From Haliotis cracherodii (lineage: Eukaryota), in NCBI RefSeq assembly GCF_022045235.1, contig NW_027266275.1, forward strand, positions 21,514,001-21,578,000: a stretch of DNA of 64,000 bases. Reading direction: 5' to 3'. A program made the position numbers and the translations under genes. The notes below the pieces were generated by a model. That model ran no database searches. It worked only from the letters and a program-made list of their open reading frames with translations, and was not told the DNA's origin. Each line of letters opens with the position of its first letter. Position 1 is the first letter of the stretch. Positions 51,076 through 64,000 of this stretch are shown here, piece by piece.

Positions 51076-52121
51076 CGAATCAAAGGCAGACAAGTGTAAA
51101 CGAACATATGTCTTAAGTGTTTCTCTTTACTTGTAAGCAGCAGAATAGAATCTATGCAGTTGTACGCACCAGACGTAATTCAAAAATAACATATCGGTTT
51201 TAGTTTTAACAAAATCAGTAAGCGCTATCGTGTCACCGGATTGTCTGGTGCACAAACTATCACAGGATTGTATGGTCAAGGCAGGACTGTTTACAGGACG
51301 CCGTCGTATGGTGGGCGTTAGGCAACAATCAAACAATTATTATTAAAGATTTAATGCAATTGTGTGAGTGGCAGTGGTACCGGCAGAGCAGGACATGCTT
51401 AGTCTTTTCGCGAACATCTGGTGTCAACGCTGAGTTTCAGTGATCCCTTTTGGCTGTTTCGTTTGATAATCGAGACTGGTTATTCTCTGGCAGTGACGCT
51501 CTATACTTTCATAGCATTGTATTATGCTCGTATGTGCATATTTGAAGGAAAAAACCCATAATCACTGTATGTTTAGCGTCTACGGCATTAAACTGACGTT
51601 ATGGTCAGTTCGAAGGGCATAAATTAACGAAAATGGTACAGAAGCTGTCGTTGAAAGATGCTTAATGAGAAACGGATGATGACGGATGGTACTGTTTTAA
51701 CGCGCTGTAGTTTAAGACACGCTTAGCAAAAGGACTAGTCATGAGTTACTGTAAACATGGCAATTGTGTTCAGTTAGCCAGTATTCGTTCAGATTTGACT
51801 TCGTGATCATTCAGGCTTAACGACATCTCGTTTAAAAAGACATCCCCCTGAGCCATCTGTCATCGAGGGGGCATGCCAGGTATACATTTTATATTTCGGG
51901 AAGATTCCGATTACAAATTGAAAGTTTTTAATGAGCTGTTTGTGTTTTGTAAAATGTCGTTTTTGTAAGTTTCGTTAAAGTTGGCCCTAAGTATATCATC
52001 AGGTCCCGATGACATTGCGCGATAGTCACGACATCGACCACTGGTTTGTCTGGTCCAGGGTGCTGTTCCAATAAGCGATCTTAGGGTAACGACCGTTGTT
52101 ATTCCCATTCTGTAACACTTA

Positions 52122-52440
52122 GGGTGGGATGGTTGAGTAGCTTTCTGGTTAAAGCGTTCGCTCGTCCTGGGTTCGATTCCCCTCATGGGCCCATTTCCTG
52201 TTTCCCCCGTCGTAATATTGCTGGAATATTGCTAAACGCTGCGTAAGACCGTACTCACGAACCAACACTGGGGGCGGTGGGATAACCTAGTGAATAACGT
52301 GTTCGCCCATCACGCCGAAGACCCGGGTTCGATTCCCACATCGGTACAATGTGTGAAGCTCATTTCATTAACTCCCGCCGTGATATTGCTGGGATATTGC
52401 TAAAACCCGTAAAACCCTACTCTCTCACTCACTCTCTCTC
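52122..52440 (+). mobile_element. Two tandem family-A SINEs
   Basis: About 52122-52265 and 52270-52440. Confidence 0.8.
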
Positions 52441-53527
52441 ACCCTGAACAAAGTACACTTTGTACATTGTAACGGAACATTGGTGACTGTGACGAACTCT
52501 TAAAGAAAATCGACCCATCTCATTCACTCACTTAACTGAGACACACAATACGGTGAACTTTTAATGAGATCCCCACCAGCTGGCGTCTGTATGGTCCTTC
52601 GTGATGTCCTTGAGCCAGTCTGGAAATCTCCGTTAGTGGCCACGGAAAGATTCTAGTATTCCGTTCGAGAGGAAATTGTATCTTAAGTGAGGAGTAGCCT
52701 CAATGCAAAACCATGTCTTGGGGGGACTTACGCTGTTAGTCAAATCCTGTCCCCGGCTTACAGAGTAGCCAGATCGATCAGCCGGCGTTATTTTCAACTA
52801 ATCTCAAGCACTAGGTTATCGGAAGGGAATGAGAAATTTCAGGTCGTAGATTCTCCGTAAGTTCATAAACCGAAACAGAACATTGGTCGTTGAAAGAGAA
52901 TGAAAATTTAAGTCCAAGAGAAACGGTGTGTTTGTTGCGATGTTAAAAAGTTGGAAATAGGCAAATTGATCTTTTGGTATTACCTTGGCCTGATTGTTGT
53001 ACATCAAGTAATTGGAGTTTCTCAGAATGGCGTTTCAAGAAAACGGCTCCGATAATTCGATAAATCAGATAGGATATGTGTGGGTAGTGAAAAGAAGAGG
53101 TAAAACGGCTTTCAAATGATAAAAAAATATATCTGCGAAATGATTCGAATTATCGATCTTGAGCTATACGTTCCGTATTATCAAGTTATGTGGTGTTGAT
53201 GGTGATGGAAGGTCAACGCTTCACACAAGTAACAACCCGAGGCCAGTTATGGATGTACATGTATTTCTAATTTAAAAGACATACTTTGGTGAGCAACGCT
53301 GATGAACGTTTTGAGGCAATGAGGTGTTTGGACATCTTTCAGGGATAATGGTATGGCCATCAGAGGTGGCGTACATTTGGACTAATTTGCAGTGCTGGCA
53401 AATGTGAATGAGGTCATTAAACCAAGTCTTTAATAACCTTCTCATTCAAGTTTTGTTATCTTGATTGACCAAGGACTATAATTTTACAGAAACGAGACAT
53501 ATAGAGCACTTTTGACAATGAAGATCT

Positions 53528-53636
53528 GGGCGCCGTTCCATAAAGCGATCGTTGCGCTACGACTGTCGTCAGTCTATGTTAAAGTATGAGAGTTACGATC
53601 GTCTTAAAGCTACGTTCGCTTTATAGAATGGGGACC
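53528..53636. mobile_element. Palindromic MITE (ggg(c)ccgttcca.aaag termini, possibly PIF/Harbinger-like)
   Basis: Foldback structure; relatives at about 12452-12858, 13294-14182, 14290-14376 and 53760-53876. Confidence 0.6.
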
Positions 53637-53868
53637 TGAACTTGACATTAGCACCAGATAGAGAGCACCACTTCTCTCCACATTTTACAATTGTTGTTGG
53701 CAGAACGCAATCTCATAAAGTACCGGCCAGAGTGAAAGAGCAGGGGTTGTGTTATGAATACCGTCCAAGCGCAGCTTAACTAAGTGTTCTTAGCGCTTAG
53801 GTGATCGTAACTTTTACATTTTACCATAGACTTGCGACAATCGTAGGGCCAAGGCCGCTTTGTGGCAA

Positions 53869-54228
53869 GGGGCCCTAGGGAATTCAGAATACAGCCTCTG
53901 GTCGTGTACTCCGATACGATACCACTGTGCCTGGAGATCTGGGGCCCTAGGGCATTCAGAATACAGCCCCTGGTCGTTTACTCCGATACTTTGCCACTGT
54001 GCCTGGAGATCTGGGGCCGTAGGGCATTCAGAATATAGCCCCTGGTCGAGTACTCCGATACGATGCCACTGTGCCTGGAGATCTGGGGCCGTAGGGCATT
54101 CAGAATACAGCCCCTGGTCGTGTACTCCGATACGATGCCACTGTGCCTGGAGATCTGGGGCCCTAGAGCATTCAGAATACAGCCCCTGGTCGTGTACTCC
54201 GATACGACACCACTGTGCCTGGAGATCT
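53869..54228. repeat. 72-bp minisatellite, 5 units
   Basis: gatct recurs at 53936, 54008, 54080, 54152 and 54224. Confidence 0.95.
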
Positions 54229-54439
54229 GAGCACACCACAATAGGAGATGCGTTAGGTGAACTTTCTAATCACTCAGCGTCAGGGTTTCTAACTCCTCGT
54301 ACAAGCGAGCCAAGCATTCAAACCAGCATGTCTGATTTCTGTATCTCAAAAACAAAATAAAACAACAAATTCCGAAATAAGAAAGGCTACCAAAAGCACT
54401 CCCAGTCAATTGATCAACAATGACATGATAAACATGTTT

Positions 54440-55505
54440 CCTGAGATTATTTTGTTATTATGAATATTAATGTCACTTTGAATTTTAATGTTTCTGTGAA
54501 TAAAAATGTTTTTTCTGAGAATACCAATGTTTTTTCTAAGAAGATCAATGTTTTTTCTAAGAAGATCAATGTTGTGTTAAGAATGTCAATGTTTTTTCTA
54601 AGAATATTTTGTTATTGTGAATATCAATGTTACTGTAAATATTAATGCTTTTCTGTTAATATCAATGTTATAATACTGTGAATTTCTAATGTTCCAGTGA
54701 ATATTTATGTTTTATCGAAAAATATCAATGTTACTGTGAATATGAATGTTACTTTCAGTATTAATGTTCCTATGAATAGTAATGCTTTTTCTATTAATAT
54801 CAACGTCACTGTAAATATATATTTTCCTGTGAATATTATTTAACTGTGATAATTAATGTTATCGAGAATATTAATGTAACTGTAAATATCAGTGTTACTG
54901 TGAATATCAATGTCACTGTGATTATCAATGTCACTGTGAATATCAATGTCACTGTGAATATCAATGTCACTGTGAATGTCAATGTCACTGTGAATGTCAA
55001 TGTCACTGTGAATGTCAATGTCACTGTGAATGTCAATGTCACTGTGAATATCAATGTCACTGTGAATATCAATGTCACTGTGAATGTCAATGTTACTGTG
55101 AATATCAATGTCACTGTGAATGTCAATGTCACTGTGAATATCAATGTCACTGTGAATATCAATGTTACTGTGAATGTCAATGTCACTGTGAATATCAATG
55201 TTACTGTGAATGTCAATGTCACTGTGAATATCAATGTTACTGTGAATGTCAATGTCACTGTGAATATCAATGTCCCTGTGAATATCAATGTTTCTGTGAA
55301 TGTCAATGTCACTGTGAATATCAATGTCACTGTGAATATCAATGTCACTGTGAATGTCAATGTCACTGTGAATATCAATGTTACTGTGAATGTCAATGTC
55401 ACTGTGAATATCAATGTCACTGTGAATATCAATGTTACTGTGAATGTCAATGTCACTGTGAATATCAATGTCACTGTGAATATCAATGTCACTGTGAATG
55501 TCAAT
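54440..55505. repeat. 18-bp satellite (GTGAATRTCAATGTYACT)n
   Basis: Homogeneous over about 54890-55505 and degenerate to the left; explains ORFs 54836-55565. Confidence 0.95.
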
Positions 55506-56529
55506 CGTGCTGCGCATGCCCACAGTACTGCCAATGCCTATAGTGCCATAATGTTAATAGTATAATGAGTTTAAATAGTACTACTAAAAAGGCCAGTGGT
55601 ACTGCGAAGGCCTGTAGTACGTCATAATATTGTGAATGACAGTGGTGCCGTAAATGGTAAGTTTCAATTTCAGTCGCAGGCGCATAAATATTTTTCGGCT
55701 TCCGTGCTGTGAAAAGTCTGGAACATCGGAACAGAGAAACTACACAAACTCCCTGATCGGAAATCACTTATTCGCAATCGCGTTTCAAGGGAAGACCTAT
55801 TTTTCCATGTGACACCCCACGTGATGCAGTGATGTGCACCTTTGGGGACAGCCTTGATTCCAGGCTGTAGGGGCTATAGCTGTCCTCTCGAACAGGGGGA
55901 TCAAAATTGTCTGTTCAAAGTCTTCGAAGCGCACATCTGTCTCGTTTTAAGGATATTTGGAGGAATAACGACCGTTCTTAAACATACAACGTAACTCACA
56001 GTACCAGTTCATATATATGAAAAAAAAACCAACAGCTTATTGTTCAGACAGAAGCGCAGATAGTTTTACATCCAACTTTCTGGATTCCCATGAGACAGTA
56101 AGCTGGTACGTGAGATAGATGTCGATGAAATCGTATCGACTTGGGGATTTCTATCTGGGTCGACTGACGTTAAACAGAGTACACGGTTTATCGTTTAGAG
56201 AAGACTAGATCGTTTTTTCACAATAGCACTAGTTTCTTGTGATTGGTCAAAGGATTAGACGTGGAATAAGGTGATGGGTGAAGAGGACGTTCAACTACAG
56301 CCTGATTCCACAGCTGACGAAGAGAGGCTTTGGTCTTTTCTATTGTAGCTCACCTGACTTGGGCGTACACAGATTGGGTTAATATGAGGTGTAGTGAGAC
56401 AATTCTATTTTTGTCAGTGTCAAGGAAATCAAATCATCCCTCTCCGTCCATGGACTGGATATCAACTCTTCCATTGCCTGACACTGCAGATACCATAAGG
56501 CTAAGGCACATGTTGCACACGAGGCTAAG

Positions 56530-56785
56530 CGAGAATAGGTCTTCAGCAACCCATACTTGCCGTAAAAGGTGACTATGCTCACTATGCTTGTCGTAAAAGG
56601 CGACTAACGGGATCGGGTGGTCAGGCTCGCTGACTTGGTTGATGCATGTCATCGATCCCAATTGCGTGGATCGATGCTCATGATATTAATCACTGGATTG
56701 TCTGGTCCAGACTAGATTATTTACAGACCGCCGTCATAAAGCTGGGACATTGCTGAGTGCGGCGTTAAAATAACAAACCAACCAA
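56530..56785 (+). mobile_element. Short retroposon, family B
   Basis: Homology plus (AACC)n tail. Confidence 0.85.
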
Positions 56786-57242
56786 CCCTCTCGCTGGAAC
56801 CAGGCCAAAGCTTGATTCGTTGGTTAAAAGTAGCGGCAGCATGTAATCATTTACACGTACAGTGTTGACGATGTTACGTCAGTTAATCACAGTATCACAG
56901 TGTTCTTTTATCTATTGTTACTTCTGTGCCAAGGAATTCTGTGGTGGCCTGATGGTTAATGTCATCACTCGTCATGCTGTAGACCTGGGTTTGATTCCTC
57001 AGTTTGGTGAGTAGTGAAGCCACACCTTGTATAACAAAAACAAATACACCATATGAAGGATCGGTTTAGTTTGGTTACTGTGTAAAACATTGAGAAATCA
57101 GGTAAGTTGATGTTGTCGGATGGAAAACTTGCAGGGCATCACAACCTTGTTGTCTCGGGCGTAAAGACAGCATAACCATGTACGGAGGATGGATGGACCG
57201 AGTGACGACAGACAACGCCCCATAAAGATCACTTGAACCTAG

Positions 57243-57402
57243 ACCGCCTCCGTTGTCTAGTGGTAGAGCGTCCGCCCGGAGATCGGAATGTTTCGGTTTC
57301 GATCACAGGCCGCGTCATACCAAAAAGACGTTAAAAGATGGCACTTGGTGTTACCCTGCCTGGCACTCGGCATTAAGGGGCTAAAACAAGGACTGGTCGG
57401 CA
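57243..57402 (+). mobile_element. SINE family D (tRNA head plus Meta/MESC-like body)
   Basis: A/B-box-like head followed by the cgtcataccaaa...ggcactcggcattaagg core. Confidence 0.65.
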
Positions 57403-57436
57403 CGTAGCTACATAATTGCAATCACGCGAAGTTGAA

Positions 57437-57493
57437 CCTCATTTCACCTCACCTTATCTCATCTCACCTCACCTCACCTCACCTCACCTCACT
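57437..57493. repeat. (CACCT)n microsatellite
   Basis: Read directly from the sequence. Confidence 0.85.
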
Positions 57494-58554
57494 TGAACCT
57501 TATGTTCCAGAGAGCTACAACGACCATGGTCACCGATGTCAAACGTTCCCGATAGGTGAGCTACAGACCCAGATATCCATTTCCTTGGATTTGAAAAATA
57601 CAGAACAATATCACCGTGGCGACACAGCAAAGTTGTTGCTCTATCTGTTCATAATAAGCGTATGATAAACTGGCCTTGGCAACCGGATACTCCCTTGTGC
57701 ATCAACTTCATTTGTAACAAATTAGTGATCGAGCTAAGGCCAGACTGGGCTTATGTCAGATTTTTGCGGATCGGCCACAGCGTGCCAATCTCATCAACTG
57801 TCTTTTCAAATCAGGCTAAAGCGCTGAGACGTAAATTGAAAGTGGTAGAAAATGACACAAAACCTTCATGAAAATAACGACTACCCCATCGTTTTACATT
57901 GGTTTTGTGGTTTTTCACTCAATTTTGAATTAAGAAGCGTTCTTGAGGGAAAAAAAAGAGAAAATAAGAACACTTCCTTTAAGCTAGAAAGAAAGTTTGT
58001 GGTTATAAAAAAATAAGGTGAGAGCAGTTCGAATATTGATCGTTTTCGGGGATTAATTGTAAGAGATTAGTCTGGTGGACCCAAGAGATTAAGGGGTGTG
58101 CTTGAATCTCTCATCGCACCAGAAACGTCGATAGGTAGTACCACTATTGAGACCGACACGCATTGTGATGGGATTATACAAGTCAAGCTCAATCAGACTG
58201 AACTGTTCGAGAGAGCATCAATACATACAACCATGAAGGCATTTAGCGTAATAGCATTACCTAACATCCGAGTGATATTTAAGACGCTGTTGGGTGTGAT
58301 TGCGGATGTCGGAAATGCTATAGGCTGATATTCGATAGGCTTTTTATTGCTGCTGTATTGGAAAGGTGAGGTGGAATTGGGTGAAACTTAACGCAGCGTG
58401 TGTGTGTGTACTTGTACTGTCCGGATTAATGCCGTTTTTGCACTGAGATACCATGCCGCAGTTTAACAAGGATACCACACTCAGACTCCGAGCCGAGGAG
58501 TCCTTGTTTGTAGATGGTGAGGTTAAATGGGGTCTAACGTCGCCTTCAAGATTA

Positions 58555-59066
58555 CAATCTCAATTTAATCAGATCTTAGTTCTCGCTACCTCTAAACAAA
58601 GATCTGAGGACATCCCATTACGGGTCACGTCAGAACGACCTTTCGCGAATTTTGACCGACCAATGAAATGACTGACAAGAAATCGACATTAGCCAATAAG
58701 AAGGCAGCTTTCTCGAGCTTTACGACACTAGTTTCAAACTGGCAACTACGCTTCGAAACATATTTTGACTTATTCTCGATTAAAAAAAATTAAAACTGAT
58801 AAGAGGAACATTCTGGAATGGCTTACAGATGGCCTAGATTGTATGGATATAATCATAAAACCCGTAACTGTCGTTCGGAATACCCCGTGTTAAATATTTC
58901 GTGGTTGCATGATTAGAAAACACATTCCAACTGTCACTTTCATGATCTGGTAAGCGACGCTCTGATTGGTTGTATGAAAGGTCGTTCTGACGTGACCCTG
59001 AAAGGGAATTTCCTCAGATCTTTGTTTAGCGATAGCGAGAACTAAGATCTGATTTTAATGAGATTG
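58555..59066. mobile_element. Long-TIR non-autonomous element, MULE-like
   Basis: Roughly 90-bp TIRs (caatctc...gaacgacctttc); 9-bp TSD tcaagatta / tcaagacta; same termini as the short foldback in the array. Confidence 0.85.
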
Positions 59067-59124
59067 TCAAGACTATAGCCCTTGAATAGCCAAGTGCACG
59101 CACGTGTGTGTGTGGCGGCTTCTA

Positions 59125-59365
59125 CTCGCCCGGACTTAATGCCGGATTTACAGTGCTAGCCTACTGAGATACCATGCCGCAGTTTAACATGAATACCCTA
59201 ATCAGAGCCGACCAGTTCTTGTTTTATATCCTTATTGCCGAGCCCCAGGCAGGGCAACAAGAAGTAGATCTTTCAACGTCATATTGCTATGACGCGGCCG
59301 GGGATCGAACCACCGACCTTCCGCTCTATATACTCCAGGATAAACCACTACAGCACGGGGGCGGT
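59125..59365 (-). mobile_element. SINE family D
   Basis: Homologous to 48190-48372; reverse B-box gggatcgaacc. Confidence 0.65.
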
Positions 59366-60069
59366 GCGACATTGGCCCGTGTACTTTTAACACTGAACAC
59401 ATTGATCGATGAGGCTGATACTTTTAGTTCTGGGCGTGCTGGCCATGTAAGAAAACAATTATTTCCTGGTGTAGAAGCGGCGACAGTGAAACAACCAAAA
59501 TACCCCAAGGCTAATAACATACTCTACAGTTATTTAGGACTTCAGACTGAGCTCAAGTGATGACGCGGAGGCAAATTACCTGAGGGCCGTTTCCTGGAAT
59601 GTTTTATTCATACTATAATTTCCACCCTGTGTGGTTTAGTTAAGCTACCCAGAGCATCCACGGAAGCTGCACAGTGTAAACGTGACTGATGTATACCAAG
59701 ATAATGGCTGGAGTGGGATCTCAGATCTGCGAGGCCTCTCTATATTCCAGTAGTTACTCCCCACGAACAGACGACAGTGCCAGCAGATAAAGATGCGGGC
59801 GGTTGTGGGGAATGTCATGGAGGCTAAACACATTTTTTGGTTCGTCGGAATCTCTGCTGTCCTAGTCCTCGCATTTCTTTGGCGCTAACCTTTTCGAGGA
59901 CATATTTAATTAAGAAATTTTGTCATTGGTCATTCTAAACATCTTCTTGTTGATATATTGTTCTTAATCTCATGAAATTTCAAAGGTACCTCAAATGAAC
60001 AATGACATAAATATTTTTTTGTAATTTGAAGAAATTCACAAGGAGAAAAAAGAGCACTTGTCTTGCCAG

Positions 60070-60185
60070 AATACAACCTGGTGGAATATTAATTTTGATC
60101 AAACTGAATACAACCTGGTGGAATATTAATTTTGATCAAACTAAATACAACCTGGTGGAATATTAATTTTGAACAAACTCAATAC
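60070..60185. repeat. 37-bp tandem repeat, 3 copies
   Basis: aatacaacctggtggaatattaattttgatcaaact repeated. Confidence 0.9.
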
Positions 60186-60781
60186 AGTTTGCCATGAATC
60201 ATGTTCAACTCCAAAACAACTAGTTCAGAAATTATTGTCATTCAGAAGGTAAAGCTTCTCTTTGGCATTTAACTGGCAAGAAGGGCCAGTGGTATCCATT
60301 CTTGAAGACCTTTTTTACATGTTGAATTGTCCCAAAGTCCGTCGTGTGTGAAAGTCGGGTTGTACTCTCCATCTTGGATAAATGGCCACATTCATTCACC
60401 CATATTGTCAGGTTAAGACGATACGAGTTGACAAATGGACATAAGTCCCCAGTTCCCCATGCCTGTCATAAGAGTTGACAAATTGGGATTTGATGGCTGT
60501 ACTGGCGATCTTATCTGTGCAAGTCTACCCAGGCAGTGTCGATTGATACCGCTGGAATTTTTACGGCTTAGATATTTAAAAATAAAAACGGAGTATCTTG
60601 TCAATGTGCTGTTTTATGCCACTGTTAGGAATATATACCACTCAAAAGAGTATTTCCTATTTCTACAGTTAATCTGTCATGGCATGACCTCTTTTGAGTT
60701 GTATTTATCAGAGGCAGATCTAGGATGTTGAAAAATCCCGTGGGCACGGAGTACCAATGGCACGATGCGACTTGACAAAGA

Positions 60782-61421
60782 GTGCAGTTACCATGTGAGG
60801 TGCAGTTACCATGTGAGGTGCAGTTAACATGTGAGGTGCAGTTACCATGTGAGGTGCAGTTAACATGTGAGGTGCAGTTACCATGTGAGGTGCAGTTAAC
60901 ATGTGAGGTGCAGGTGCAGTTAACATGTAAGGTGCAGGTGCAGTTAACATGTGAGGTGCAGTTAACATGTAAGGTGCAGGTGCAGTTAACATGTAAGGTG
61001 CAGTTAACATGTGAGGTGCAGGTGCAGTTAACATGTGAGGTGCAGTTAACATGTAAGGTGCAGGTGCAGTTAACATGTAAGGTGCAGTTAACATTTGAGG
61101 TGCAGGTGCAGTTAACATGTGAGGTGCAGTTAACATGTAAGGTGCAGTTAACATGTAAGGTGCAGGTGCAGTTAACATGCAAGGTGCAGTTAACATTAGA
61201 GGTGCAGGTGCAGTTAACATGTAAGGTGCAGTTAACATGTAAGGTGCAGGTGCAGTTAACATGCAAGGTGCAGTTAACATTTGAGGTGCAGGTGCAGTTA
61301 ACATGTAAGGTGCAGGTGCAGTTAACATGTAAGGTGCAGTTAACATGTGAGGTGCAGGTGCAGTTAACATGTAAGGTGCAGGTGCAGTTAACATGTAAGG
61401 TGCAGTTAACATGAAAGGTGC
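60782..61421. repeat. 18/24-bp satellite (GTGCAGTTAACATGTRAG, with or without an extra GTGCAG)
   Basis: Read directly; explains ORFs 60625-61431. Confidence 0.95.
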
Positions 61422-61714
61422 CTGAAAACAAATGTGTGTGCGGGTGTGTGTGCCTGCATGTCCCTGGAGCTGTCGGTGTGTCTATATCTCCCAGTGCCCT
61501 GCAAATAATTGATTCTAAACCAGGCTGACCAGTGGTTATTCAACATCCAACCTGTCAGGTACCATGATATTCATCAGACAAGTCACATGTCCTGACCACC
61601 TGACTCACATTTCAGTCCACTATTACAACCAGCTCCATACTGGGGACCTGTTGGCCCAGAAATCTCTATCGTTGAAAAGTAAGAATATCATTAAACCAGA
61701 ATATTTTGTTTATA

Positions 61715-61945
61715 AGTTTGTTTGTTATTTAACGCCACACCAAGAAATATTCCAGCTATATGACAGTGGTATGTAAATAATCAAATCTGGACCAGACAAT
61801 CCAGTGATTGACATCACAAGCATCGATCCACGCAATTGGGAGCGATGACATGCATCGACCAAGTCAGCGATCCGATCCCATTAGTTGCCTCTTACGGCAA
61901 GCATGAGTTGCTGAAGACCTATTCTACCCCGGATCTTCACGGGTA
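61715..61945 (-). mobile_element. Short retroposon, family B, full length
   Basis: Ends in cccggatcttcacgggt. Confidence 0.85.
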
Positions 61946-63811
61946 TAAACCAGGAGTACAGGCATGGGTACTGCTGTACAAAACAACCTCAGCCTCGTGT
62001 CGTAAATCTGTGCTAATGTATGGTTGTTATGAGCACCTTAGTGCTAAGATCAGTTGGTACAACGCACCCATGGAGTTTACTATACTGTATATTATTTTCA
62101 GGATGCCAAGAAAAAATTAAACACTGCCAGTTTCGGACTAAAACAACATTCACTCACTCACTCACTCAGTGAAGGAGAACGACATACAGAATATATATTT
62201 ATTTCTGAATAATTATTGCATACAACAACAGCACCATACAAATATACCATGAATCTTGGCCACAGACGATTTGTGATGGAAGCTAGACACCGATCAGGGA
62301 AGAGTCACATGACTAACATTCGTAAACTACAGTCACATGATGAAACCTGACCAGATTTGATTGAAATCACATGACCAACCCCGACCAATCACGTTCTAGT
62401 AATAAACGGCTGCCACTTACAAAAAGCTTTCTGCTAACAATGAAATGTAAGCTTCAGCTTGATCTCAAATTACAAATTTGTCTGTTATTACAATTATAAC
62501 CAATGTAACAGAAACAAAATAATGACTGAATATTTTGAAACATCTACAAATTAATATTGACTTCAGCAGAAGGGTATCAAGAAAAAAACTCATTATACTT
62601 GGTCATTCTGTGGCCAACAAGACCGACAATCGGATGACTGACTAATTATCGTCATATGAAAAAAAATTGCGTGGTCTCTAATTTCTTTTGAGTTGTATAT
62701 ATTGTCTGAACAAACCCTCACACTGCTTGAACTGATAAAAACAAAAATCGACAAGTAGCAAAGTCATAGAGATTGGAAAATGAAAAACATGATTTTTTAA
62801 CTTAAAATACTTTACTGCTGCATAGAAAATGTGCAGGCAAAACATATTGTTGTAAAACATCACAAGGGGCAAAAAAAACGTCAATAAAAATATAAGAGTT
62901 GAATTTTATATGGTTTCCGAATTTCCTGGATTTGACGTTTTAGTTCTCAATCAAGCCACCTACAACTAATGCATTTTAAAGTTAAAAACTAGGTGAACAA
63001 TTCAATAACGAGGAATAAAACTGAGTAATAAAAAACAAATGACAGTAAGACAAAGCCAAGTTTAACATATGAAACACTTAAAAGATTCAAGCGCTGACTT
63101 GTCATTGCTTTTGTAAATGCAAAAGATATCACAAATATTGTTTTAATACCGGCAACAGAAACAGAAGTATTTGGAATGTCCAGTAGTCTCCCTCCCGGTG
63201 GACGCCTGAGGTCAGTACATGAACGTAGACAACTCAAATAGCATACACAATAACACAACTTATGTTTCTACTGAAGCTTTGTTGTTCACAATTAATGAAT
63301 AATAATATTATAATAATAATAATAATAATCTCTCAAGCGCTTTCTTCACTCGATTTTTCATTCTCAGCTCCCTGCGGAGAATACAGCCCAAGAAGGATAA
63401 TTAGTTTCTTATTTTATGTCATTTTTTTACAGGAATCACACAATAAAAATGTTCAAAAAAGTTGTCAGTGTTTGTTTTCTGAAGAGAACTTTATATACTT
63501 TAACATAATAAACCTTTCCCTGATATTATCAAATACGAGTATTACTTGACTCTGTTAAAGGGAGACTAGGCTCAAGGAAATTGGCAGTCCCAAAACAATT
63601 GATCCAACCTATTCAAAATCCATTTGATGGTGCATATCTCTTTATCTGTTGATGAATACCCAATATAACAGATAACATTTCATTTGGACACACAGAGACA
63701 ATTACACACAGAGACCATGTCTTTTTCTTTCTCTTTTAAAGTTGATTTACAGATTTGTCCCATTCAAATTCAGTCTGGTAAGGGAAAAAAGAAATAGAAA
63801 AATTCTGACAT

Positions 63812-63976
63812 GAGTGAGTGAGTGAGGATGGTTTTACGCCGCTTTTAGTAACATTCCAGCAATATCACGGCGGGGTACACCACAAATGGGCTTCACTCAT
63901 ACTCAAATCGGGAATCGAACCTGGGTCTTCAGTGTGACGAGCGAACGCTCTCACCACCAGGCTACCCGACCGCCCC
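63812..63976 (-). mobile_element. tRNA-derived SINE, family A
   Basis: Head and tail present, with an approximate TSD aaatt(c)tgacatg. Confidence 0.88.
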
Positions 63977-64000
63977 AAATTTGACATGTGTGAGTGAGTT

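Noticed and set aside
51968-52005. Minus-strand CTGATGA…CGAAAC hammerhead candidate
   Set aside because: Stem II cannot close (U opposite C) and no flanking helices are apparent.
53814-54360. 24-aa repeat ORFs or a CRISPR-like array
   Set aside because: Whole 72-bp units repeat with no unique spacers; eukaryotic context and no cas genes.
54836-55565. Long ORFs (TVTLIF)n, (HSDIDI)n and (VNINVT)n
   Set aside because: By-products of an 18-bp satellite open on both strands; no gene context.
56350-56500. EF-hand-like FDFLDTDKNRIVSL on the minus strand
   Set aside because: It is preceded by an in-frame stop and lacks Gly6 and Glu12; it may be chance.
59640-60560. GC-richer, coding-looking patches
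   Set aside because: All frames I translated are interrupted and no domain was recognised.

Overview
Eukaryotic (animal) genomic DNA: AT-rich, intron-rich and dense in repeats. The SINE families look molluscan and recall abalone-type gastropod SINEs, but this is from memory and was not searched. (1) 1-8115, minus strand: a multi-exon gene for a TPR-like plus JmjC (2-oxoglutarate/Fe oxygenase) protein that runs off the left edge. All junctions are GT-AG and phase-consistent, and one acceptor was duplicated by a SINE target-site duplication. (2) About 16030-42420: a four-copy tandem segmental duplication (periods 5255, 5251 and 6780 bp). Each copy carries a two-exon minus-strand gene that the ORF track splits. 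It encodes an identical 101-aa protein with a Pro/Ser-rich N-half, an acidic LIR-like motif (DDTDFIEI) and a C-terminal basic amphipathic helix, and has adjacent M-box and CLEAR-type E-box sites upstream. This is the best candidate for an undescribed system: an amplified, possibly MiT/TFE-regulated ATG8-binding membrane adaptor (inference only). (3) The remainder holds at least four SINE-like families, several non-autonomous DNA transposons (a Tc1 remnant, MULE-like elements with 9-10 bp TSDs, an IS3EU-like element, TA-flanked MITEs) and minisatellites that explain the long repetitive ORFs. I found no CRISPR array, rRNA or intact tRNA.
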